This document shows, piece after piece, positions 23,932-34,300 of a stretch of 64,000 nt of DNA (the first letter of the stretch is position 1; every line of letters starts with the position of its first letter). This stretch comes from Scenedesmus sp. PABB004 (taxonomy: Eukaryota). The stretch is from the NCBI GenBank assembly GCA_014905635.1, contig JABVCE010000024.1, positions 186,001 through 250,000 on the forward strand, given 5' to 3'. The notes under the pieces are model-generated. The model saw only the letters and a list, made by a program, of their open reading frames with translations, ran no database searches and was not told where the DNA came from. The translations under genes and the position numbers were made by a program.

Positions 23932-26878
23932 ATGGCGCTCGTGCTGCGCCGCACCGCGGTCCTGGGGCGTGTCGGGCGCGCCCGGGCGGGCGCGGGCACC
24001 TGGCGCCCGCTCGCCGCGGCGGCGGGGGCCGGCGCCGGCGAGCCCGAGTTCCCCTTCTCGCGCCCGTCGGGCGCGGAGCCGCCGGCCGAGTACAAGGACC
24101 TGCGCGCGCGCTGCCCCGTGTCGCGTGCGCGCCTGTTCGACGGCACGCCGATCGTGCGCGCGCCGCGCCCGCGTCTGCCGCTGCGCGCTGCGCAGTCGAC
24201 GCTGGCCGCGCGGCTGAGCCGCTGCGCGCTGCGGCGGTGGCCGTCGACTGTTAGCCCCACTCACATCGCATGCCGCCCGCTCGCTGCCCCCGCCCAGGTG
24301 CTGCTGACCAAGATGGCCGACGTGCGCGCCGCGCTGAGCGAGCCGCGCCTGAGCAAGGTCGGTTGGCTCAGCGGCGGGCGCCGGCGCCGGCCGCGCGCTC
24401 GCGCCGCGCCGCGCCGGCTGCGCGCCCACGCGCGCCCCCGCGCCGCCAGGTGCGCACGCACCCCGGCTTCCCCGAGCTCTCGCCGGGCGCCAAGGCAGCC
24501 GTGGAGGGGCGCGAGGCGACGTTCGTCGACCTCGATTCGCCGGAGCACACCCACTTCAGGCGCGCGCGCGGCCGCCGCCGCTGCCGCCGCCGCCCGAGCA
24601 CGCCCCGCCGCCGCCGCCCCACACGCCCCCGCCGCCGCCCCAAACCCCACCCCGCCCGCTGCATGCAGGTCCATCTTCGAGCCGGGGTTCACCAAGGAGC
24701 GCGTCGACGCGCTGCGCCCCGCCATCACCGCGCACGCGGACGCCCTGCTGGACGAAATGAAGCTCCGCCGCTGGGCTGGCGGTGCGCTGCCGCGCCTGCA
24801 CGCTGCGCGCGCGCAGCTACACGCCGCGCGCGCGGGGCCTGCACGCCGCGGCCGCGGCGCCGCGCGCGCCGCAACGAGCGTGCCTCGCCGCGCCGCCGCC
24901 GCGCCGCCGCCGCGCAGGCGGCGACGCGGCCGACCTGCACGAGGGCTTCAGCCTGCCGCTGGCCTTCAAGGTCATATACGACCTCTTGGGCATCCCCAAC
25001 GAGGCGCGCTGGCTCGGCGGCAGCGCGCCGACACGCGGCCAGCGCGCCAGCGCGGCCAGCGCCGCTCTGCCGGCGCTGGCCCGGCGCCGCGCCGCGCCGC
25101 GCCGCGAGCTGCCCTCCTCTTGCGCGCCGCGCGCCCCGCGTCGCACGCGCCGCCGCGTGCCGCTGCCAGGACTACGCGTTCCTGTCGGGCAACGTCGCGG
25201 TGCGGGCGAGCGGGTCGTCCACCGCGCGCGACGCGGCGGCGGCGCAGGAGGCGCTGACAGACTACATGCGCAGGCGCGCGGGCGCGGCTTAAAGGGTTGA
25301 GGGGCTCAGAGCGCGGCGGGTCATCAGCGGCCGGCCCGGCCTGCCCCGGCGCCGCCACCCCGCGCCGCCGCGCCCGCCGCCGCGCCCGCCGCCGCGCCCG
25401 CCGCCGCGCCCGGTGCAGGCTGGTGGCGGCCAAGGTGGAGCGGCCCGACGGCGGGCTCATCAGCGAGGTCGCGGCGCGCGACCTGCAGGCCGGGCGCATC
25501 AGCCGCGACCAGCTCGAGGCGCACGCGTTTCTGCTGCTCGTCGCCGGTGCGGCGGCGCGCGCACTGCCGTCGCGCGACGGCGGCTGCTGCCGCCGCCGGC
25601 GCGCCGGGCGCGAGCCGGAGCCCACGCGCGCGCGGGCCGCCGCGGCGCCGCCGCGCCGTGCTGCGTGCGGCCAGGCAACGCGACGCTGGCGTCGATGATC
25701 AACCTGGGCGTCATCACGCTGCTGCAGGCGCGCTGTGCGCGCTGTGCGCGCACAGCGCTGTGCGAGCTGTGTGCCGTGCGCGCTGTGCGCCGTGCACGCA
25801 GCACGCAGCCCGGTCCCGCCCGCGCGCGCAGCCAACGCCGCGCCGCTGCCGTGCGGTGCGCCGCCGCAGCACCCCGGCGCGCTGGCCGAGATTCAGGCCG
25901 ACCCCTCGCTCTGGCCCCGCGCGGTCGCTGAGATCTGCCGCCTGCACACCGCCTCGGCCTACGCGCTGCGCCGCGTCGCGCTCGAGGCACGGCGCCGCCG
26001 CCCCGCGCGCCCGGCGGCGCCGCCGCCGCCGCTGCCGCCGCCGAGCCGCTGACCCGTCGCGCCGCCGCGCCGCGCGCCGGGCCGCCGCCGCCGCCGCCGC
26101 CGCCGCCGCAGGACGTGGAGCTCGGCGGCGCGGCCATCGCGGCGGGCGAGGGCGTGATCGCACTCAACCAGTCGGCCAACCGCGACGAGGTTGTTCGCGC
26201 CGCCGCCGCGGCGCGCGCCGCGCGCCGCCGCCCGGCTCGGCGAATGCGCTCGCGCGCGCGGGGTTGCGAGCCGCCGCCGCGGCGCCGCGCCGCGCGCGTG
26301 GCGCCTGCCCACACCCGCGTGCGCCCCGCGCGCACGCCGCGCGCCGCGTGCCGCCGGGCGCAGGATGTGTTCCCCGACCCCGACGCCTTTGATATGCGGC
26401 GCGACCCCAGCCTGCACGTGCGCGGCGCGGCGCGCGGCGCGCGGCGCGCCAGCTGTGGGTCGGCCGACGTCGGGGCGCGCGCTCAGCACCCAGCGCGCGC
26501 TCTGCATGCTGCCGCGGTGCGCGCGGGGCCGGCACCGCAGGTCGCGTACGGCGACGGCACGCACCGCTGCATCGGCGAGTACCTCAGCAACACCGAGCTG
26601 GAGGTCGGCCTGGAGCGCCTGTTCAGCAGGCAGGCCGCCGGGGCCGCGGCGGCGCCGCACCGGGGAAAGCCGCGGGCGCGCTGCCACGCGGCGGGCGCGC
26701 CCGAGTCTGCGCCCGCGCCCGCGCCGCGCGCAGGCTGCCGGGGCTGCGCCTGGCGGTGCCGGAGGCGGAGATCGCGTGGAGCCCGGCCGACAAGGACGTC
26801 GGCGTCGCGCGCCTGCCGGTCACGTGGCGCGTCGGCGAGACCAAGGCGGCAGACATCCGCTACAACCGCGCGTCGTGA
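23932..26878 (+). CDS. CYP55: Cytochrome P450 CYP55 (P450nor, nitric oxide reductase), 13 exons, with presequence
   Basis: FPFSRPSGAEPPAEY, VRTHPGFPELSPGAKAA, TFVDLDSPEH, I-helix FLLLVA|GNAT, EICRLHTASAYALRRVA, NQSANRDE and heme motif YGDGTHRCIG. Confidence 0.93.
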
Positions 26879-27349
26879 GAGGCGGCCTCGGGCGCAGGCG
26901 GCGTGGCGGTCGCGCGAGGCGTGCGAGTTGCGCGTGCCTTGACCGTGCAGGAGTGCTGGCAGGCGGGGCAAGTGCGTTGCGGCGGCCCACAGCCGCCGGC
27001 CCAGGCCGCACCGGGCACACCGCCGCCGCCGCCGCCACCGCCGCATCGAGCGGTCGGCGGCCAGCGCGCGTCGTCAGGGCTCAACCGGAGCGGCGGCTGG
27101 AGCACGCAGCGGCGGCCGGTCCTAGGGATCGCTGGCCGGGCCTAGCGTCACTCACCGGGCGCCCGGGCCGGCGCTCACGGCACGCCCAGGACGCGCAGCA
27201 GTCCCCCCCGCCGGCACCGCACTGCTGCGCGGGCGGTGGCGGCCGGGCGGCCTTCGTTTGGTGCTGATCGATCGGCCCGTGACTCAGAGCGCGCCCGGCG
27301 TCGGCGTCCGGCATCGGGCGGGCTCGGAGGGCGCGGAGCAGCAGCAGTG

Positions 27350-30300
27350 ATGTTGCGCCTGCTGCCGTGCGCGGCCGGCCCGCGCGCCCTGGGCCACCGC
27401 CCAGGGGGCGCAGGGGCGGCCACTGGCATCGCGACGATGCCCGTCGGCCAGCCGGCCCCGCGCTGGCGCGCCCAGCCGGGCAGGCGGCGCGGCGCGGCGG
27501 CTGCGGCGGCAGCAGCGGCTGCGCCGGAGGCCGACCGCAAGGCCCGGCTGAAGCGCCCCGCCCGCAAGCGGTCGGACGAGGAGGAGGTCGGCGAGGAGGG
27601 CATGCCGGAGCTGCCGCAGGTGCGTGCTGGGCGCGCGGCACGGCGGCGGCCCGTGCGCCGCCCTGGTCGGCGGCTCGCGCGTGCGTGCGGCAGCCCACGG
27701 CCGGCCGCGCCGCCCGTCCGCCGCCCCAGCCCCTGGACTACCAGCAGACGCTGGTCAAGTCGTTCACGCTCGGCGGCATCGGCCTGCACAGCGCCGAGTA
27801 CGGTGAGAGCGCGGTCGCGCACGCAGCGCGCCGCGCCGCGCGGCGTGCAGCGCCGCGCCCGCGCGCCCGCGCGGCCGCCGACGCGCCGCCCGCCGCGCCG
27901 CCGCGCCCGCAGCCGTGGTGCGCGTGCGCCCCGCGTACGCCGGCGAGGGCCGATACTTCGTGCGCGTGCCGCCGGGTGCGCCGCCGCCGCCGCAGCAGCA
28001 GCAGCAGCGGCCGCGGCCGCCGGCGCGCCGGCGCCGCGCTGGCGCGCTGCCGTGCGCCGCCGCGCGGGCCGTCCTGCGAGCCCCCAGCGCCCCGCCCTGA
28101 ACCCAGTCGTCAGCCCAGCCCTAAACCCTGAACCCTGCGGCCCCGCGCAGGCACCAACGGGGGGCGCTTTGTCTTTGACGGCGGCAACCTGCTCGACGAC
28201 GCGCCGGTCGACGAGGCGCTCGCGGTCGCGCCGGTGCCGGACGAGGTCGAGGACCTCAAGGTGCGTGGGTGTGTGCGTGGTTGGTTGGGGGGCTTGGTGC
28301 GCGCGGCTGGGTGTGTTTTTTTTCCTGCGTGTGCGTGGCTGCATGTGGGCTGGGCTGGTCGGGGGGCGTGGTGCGTGTGGCTCGGTGTGTTTTCTATGGC
28401 CGAGGGGGCGCGCGCCGCGCCCGTGCGCTGCCGGCCACCTCACCCGGCGCCGCGCCGCCGCGCCGCCGCGGCGCCACGCTGTGCAGGTCGAGTGGTTCTC
28501 GGCCTACCTGGCCGCCCAGGAGGACGAGGGATTCATCGGGACGTTCTCAGAGTTCCTGGAGGCGCAGGTGCGTCAGGTCTTTGGTTTGGTTTTTGGGGTC
28601 GAGGATCAGACAGCCAGCGCCGCGGCGCGCGTCACCTCCGACGCGCGGCCCGCCGCCGCCGCCGCCGCGCCGCAGGTGCGCGCGGGCGGCCTGGAGCGGT
28701 CGCTGCGCGCGCGGATGCTGGGCATTGACGCTGCGGCGGAGGAGGACGCGCTGGACGTGGAGCCAGAGTGAGCGCTGGGGCAGCGGCGCGCCGGCGCGGC
28801 GCAGCGCGAAAGGGCTGGGCGCGCGCGCGCCCGGGCCCGCGCACGCAGCCCACGCAGCAGCCTCCCGCCTTCCGTCCCGGCGCTGCGCGCCGACCGCGCG
28901 GCCGCCCGCCTGCCCCGCCCCGCCCCGCCGCGCGCGCGCAGCCTGTCGCTGGAGCCGGAGGACATAGTGGCGCTGGACCCGACCGACCCCACGCTCGTGC
29001 GCGCGGCCGTCGGCAGCGTGGCCACCACGGACCTGCCCTACACGCAGCTGGGCGAGGGCGACACGCGGGTGCGCGGCCACGGCGGCGGTGGCGGCAGCGT
29101 TGTTGTTGTTGGCTGCTGCGCCGGCGGCGCGCTTGGTCAGAAAATGCGCGGCGCGCGCCGGCGCGGCCCTCACGCAGCGCCGCCGCCGCCGCCGCCGCGG
29201 CCGCGCCGGCCGGCAGGTGATGACGGTCGAGCTGCTGCTGGCGGCGCTGGAGGCGAGCGGCGTCGACAACGCGCGGTGCGGCGCCGCTGGCGCGCTCTGC
29301 CGCGCTCTGCCGCGCTCTGCCGCGCTCTGCCGGCCACGGCCTCTTACCGGCGACGCTCACCGCCCCGCCGCCCCGGCCCCGCCTCCCGCGCGCCGCGCGC
29401 GCAGCATCGAGATCGAGGGCGGGCACGAGGTCCCGGTGTTGGATAACAGCGCGCTGGGGTGGTGCATCGACATCCAGTGCGCCCAGCTGCGCCCTGCGCC
29501 GCTCGCGCCGGGCGGCGGCGCGCCGGTCGCCGCCGAGGGCCAGGTCGCGCTCGGCCGGCGCGACCTGCTGCGCCCGCGCCAGGCCGTCGCGGTGCGCGCA
29601 CGCGCCGTCGCGCGCGCCGCGCAGCCGGCCGCCGCCGCCGCCGCGCTGGGTCGCTGATGTGAAGAGCCAGAATCAGACTCTGAACCTCGCCTTTTGAATC
29701 CGCGATTCAAACCGCCGCAGGTCCAGGACGACGAGGGCTGGATATCTTTTTTCCCGGGGCCCTTCCAGCGCCTCACCGCCGGCGTGGACCACAGCCGCGT
29801 CGCGCCCGTCATCGGCTGCCAGTGGCACACCTGGAACGCGGACGACGTGCACTTCAGGCGCGCGGCCGCCGCCCCCGCCGCACCGCGCGCCGCCGCCGCC
29901 GCCGCTGTGAACGCCGCGCGTCCCCGCTCACTCCCCCGCTCGCTCCGCCGCCCACTCCCCCGCTCGCTGCCCCTGCTCCCCCTCCCCTGCTCGCTCCCCG
30001 CGGCGCAGGTACTCGCTCGCGCCGGCGCGGGGCTACGCCGAGTCGCTCGACGCGCTGCTCGCGCTGCGCGACGCGGGGCACGTGCAGGCGGGGGCGGAGT
30101 CGCTCTACATCATCGCCGCGGGCGACCGCTGGTGCGGCGGCGCGCGGGCGCGCGGGCGCGCGGGCGCAGCGCGCAGGCGCGTGCAGCGGCGCGTGCAGCG
30201 GCGCGTGCAGCGCGCGGGCATGCGTGCAGCGCGCGACGGCGTGCGGGCGGGGCGGGGCGGGGTGCCGCCGCCGGCCGGCCGCCTCCCCTTCCAACCATGC

Positions 30301-30821
30301 TGCCGCCTCCAACCGCCCCCCCCCCCCCCAAAGGTGGGACCCGAGCATGCTGCGCATGGCGGCGGACGAGCCGGTGCGGCACAAGCTCGTCACGCTCGTC
30401 GGCAACCTCGCCCTGCTCGGCGGCCCCGGCGGGCAGGGGCTGCCGGTGGGCCACGTGACCGCTTACAACGCGAGCCCGGGGCTGCAGCTCCAGTTTGTGC
30501 AGACGCTCGCGGAGAGCCTGGCCGGGCCGGAGGACTTTGCCTCGTTCGGCGACGTCCTGTCGGCGCAGGACGCGTGGCTGCGCTGGAGGTACGGCACAGG
30601 TGAGGAGGAGGCGTGGCGCGCGCGGGCAGGGCTGAGGGTTGTGGCGGCGGCCGCGGGGCGCGCGGGCGCACGGCAGCGGACGCACGGCGGCAGCGTGGCA
30701 GCACGGGGCTGCGCTCAGCTCGCGCCGCCCTCGCCCACCGGCGCGCGCGCGCGCAGGCCTGGTGGAGGAGCTGGAGGAGCTGGAGGAGCTGGAGGGCGAC
30801 GACGAGGGGGGCGCGGAGTGA
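27350..30821 (+). CDS. LpxC (UDP-3-O-acyl-GlcNAc deacetylase)-like protein, probably catalytically inactive
   Basis: [73 protein letters not shown] and DEPVRHKLVTLVGNLALLG follow the LpxC motif order. Several Zn/catalytic residues are substituted. Confidence 0.85.
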
Positions 30822-30998
30822 CGGCGGCGCGCGCGCGCCGTGCCCGGTCTGGCCCTCGCGCAGGCTGGTCCGGCGGTCGGGCGCCAGGTGGGGCTCGCTC
30901 GGCAACCGCAACTTACACACAACGGACGCATGACCGCCGCGCGCCAGCCTGCCGGCCGAGCCTAGCGCAGCGGCGGCGCCGGCGGCATCAGCGAGCGC
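30360..30998 (+). repeat. 639-bp direct duplication, copy 1 (LpxC last exons, 3' UTR, last codons of the convergent ankyrin gene)
   Basis: Matches 37820-38458 at a constant offset of 7460, with about six substitutions seen by eye. Confidence 0.97.
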
Positions 30999-31354
30999 TC
31001 ACAGGGTGGCGATCGCTTCACCTGACCGAGAGCGACAGTGGCGCATTCAGCCGGCGATCCTGTCGCGATCAGATCGTTGTGAACGCTATCGGCAAGAGCT
31101 CGGGCCGGTTCACAGCGTTCGTACGGGCGCCAGGCGGTGGAGACGTGTAGCAGCAAATTGATGGACCGGTGCGCTCTCTTCCCCGGGCGTCGCCGAGCTC
31201 ACGCAGGCACTGCGAAGTCCGTAAGTCATTCAATCGGCATCGAAATCAGCACCGCACAGCCCCCAGCGCGCCCTGCGGCCCGCGACCCGCGTCGAAGCGC
31301 CCGTCCCGCAGCGCTTAGGGCCTCCGCGCCCCCCTCTTCTGTGAGCCTGGAGGC

Positions 31355-34300
31355 ATGAAACCGCCCGTCATGGTCGCGGTGAGCCGCTGCGAGCCGCCCG
31401 TCACGCTTTTGGAGCGAGCACGATCGAGCGTTCCGGCCGGCCAGCCCGTGGCCAGGAGCACGCTGGTCGCAGTCGCAACATTACGTTCTGACCTCTAGCG
31501 TCAGCCTTCGCTTGCGAGACGGGCTGCACTGAGGCGTCACTGCCCGCCCCTGCTGACACGCAGGTCGTGGCCGTGCTGGTGCTTCTCACCCACTGCGCAC
31601 GCCCAGGTGCGCAGGCGCCTGCCTGTAGGCGCTGCCCATTGCGCCAGGAATCTGACGCCCTGCGCGCCCGCAGCCGCCGCAGCGGTGTGCCGCCAGGTGC
31701 ACGACCCTGCCGGCGCCCCGGTCTACACATCGAAGTGTGGCGCTGGCTCCTTCGTGCAACAGATGCCTTTCTGCACTCGTGTGCAATACACGCAGAGCGG
31801 CGCGCAGACCTGCTCCGACGGCTCGCTGTGGATCGAGATTGAGCTGGGCGGCACGCGACCCTGGCTGCGCCTCGCGACGCCCGGTGGCCAGAGCTCGGTG
31901 GCCGAGTGTCCCGCCAACCTCTGCCCCAACCCCACGTCCGGTGCGGCTGGTGCTGCGCGCAGGCGTCGCTCAAGCGCCGCGCTTTGAGCTGCTCTCTCAC
32001 CCACCGCTCTCACTGCTGTTGCGTGCTGTGCCCTGGCCGCGCCCGCAGACGGCACGGGCTGCCGCCAAGTGCACGACCCGTATGGATCGCCGCTGCAGGA
32101 GCAGCCCTGCGCCTCCGGCAGGGCGCTGTCGACCGTGGGCTTCTGCCAGGAGGTCCGCGCAGTGCTTGCATCGGGGAGTTCCATCAAGTACAGCTGCCCT
32201 GATGGCTCCTGCTGGGTCGAGGTCACAAGCAATGGCGCGAGAGGCTACTGGCAGCGCATTGGCGGCAGCAGCACCGCCTGCAACAACGCCGACTACTCCA
32301 GCCTGGCCAACTGCCCAGCGGATCGTTGCACAGGTGCGCCTGCCTTGGGTGCTCGGCACGACCTGCGCCGGCGACGCGGCGCGACGGGCCCGTGGCGCGG
32401 AGCGCCGGGCCCGCGGCGGCGCGCCAGACGGGCAAGGTTTGACGCTGCGCACCCGCACGGGCGGGTGCGTGCTGCCGCCGACGCTGCACGTCCCTGACAG
32501 GAACGCAAAAGCACGGCAACAATGGTGCCGTGAGCTGCACCACCTTCTGCCAGGGCGCGCAGTGGGGCCAGGCCTACGCACGATGCGTGTCGGCGTACGA
32601 CACGGCGGCGCGCAAGGGGGTGTCCTGCGATACCGCGGTCGGTGTGACTAGCTCTGAGCTCACATGCTTCTGCAAGGGTGGGTGCGGGAGCAGCAGGCTT
32701 GCCAAGGCCATTGGCAAACACTCAAACGCCCCCCCCCCTGCCCCCCCCCTCTCACGCACACACATGACCACAACTCACGCGCCCCACTCTTGACCGCTCT
32801 GCAGATGCCATCAGCGACCCCTGCGCTGGCAACAGCTGCAGCGGCCACGGCACCTGCTCCAACGGTGTGTGCCAGTGCACGGGCGGCTGGAGCGGCAGCC
32901 GGTGCGAGACGGCATCAGACCCGTGCGCTGGCATCAGTTGCAGCGGCCACGGCACCTGCTCCAACGGTGTGTGCCAGTGCACGGGCGGCTGGAGCGGCAG
33001 CCGGTGCGAGACGGCATCAGACCCGTGCGCTGGCAACAGCTGCAGCGGCCACGGCACCTGCTCCAACGGTGTGTGCCAGTGCACGGGCGGCTGGAGCGGC
33101 AGCCGGTGTGAGACGGCATCAGACCCTTGCGCTGGCAACAGTTGCAGCGGCCACGGCACCTGCTCCAACGGTGTGTGCCAATGCACGGGCGGCTGGAGCG
33201 GCAGCCGGTGTGAGACGGCATCAGACCCTTGCGCTGGCATCAGTTGCAGCGGCCACGGCACCTGCTCCAACGGTGTGTGCCAGTGCACGGGCGGCTGGAG
33301 CGGCAGCCGGTGCGAGACAGCGCCAGGTGAGCTTGCGGAGTGTTGCCTGGGCTTTCCGCAGCTGATATCAGTTGCGTAGTGGAGCAACCGTCGTTGCTGC
33401 CGCCTGCCTTGCAGTTGCAGGCTCTGCTGGCTGCCGCCAGGTGCACGACCCTGCCGGCGCCCCGGTCTACACATCAAAGTGTGGCGCTGGCTCCTTCGTG
33501 CAACAGATGCCTTTCTGCACTCGTGTGCAATACACGCAGAGCGGCGCGCAGACCTGCTCCGACGGCTCGCTGTGGATCGAGATTGAGCTGGGCGGCACGC
33601 GACCCTGGCTGCGCCTCGCGACGCCCGGTGGCCAGAGCTCGGTGGCCGAGTGTCCCGCCAACCTCTGCCCCAACCCCACGTCCGGTGCGGCTGGTGCTGC
33701 GCGCAGGCGTCGCTCAAGCGCCGCGCTTTGAGCTGCTCTCTCACCCACCGCTCTCACTGCTGTTGCGTGCTGTGCCCTGGCCGCGCCCGCAGACGGCACG
33801 GGCTGCCGCCAAGTGCACGACCCGTATGGATCGCCGCTGCAGGAGCAGCCCTGCGCCTCCGGCAGGGCGCTGTCGACCGTGGGCTTCTGCCAGGAGGTCC
33901 GCGCAGTGCTTGCATCGGGGAGTTCCATCAAGTACAGCTGCCCTGATGGCTCCTGCTGGGTCGAGGTCACAAGCAATGGCGCGAGAGGCTACTGGCAGCG
34001 CATTGGCGGCAGCAGCACCGCCTGCAACAACGCCGACTACTCCAGCCTGGCCAACTGCCCAGCGGATCGTTGCACAGGTGCGCCTGCCTTGGGTGCTCGG
34101 CACGACCTGCGCCGGCGACGCGGCGCGACGGGCCCGTGGCGCGGAGCGCCGGGCCCGCGGCGGCGCGCCAGACGGGCAAGGTTTGACGCTGCGCACCCGC
34201 ACGGGCGGGTGCGTGCTGCCGCCGACGCTGCACGTCCCTGACAGGAACGCAAAAGCACGGCAACAATGGTGCCGTGAGCTGCACCACCTTCTGCCAGGGC

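Noticed and set aside
32816..33325. Regularly spaced repeats, possible CRISPR array
   Set aside because: The 102-bp units are contiguous with no unique spacers and encode EGF modules in frame.
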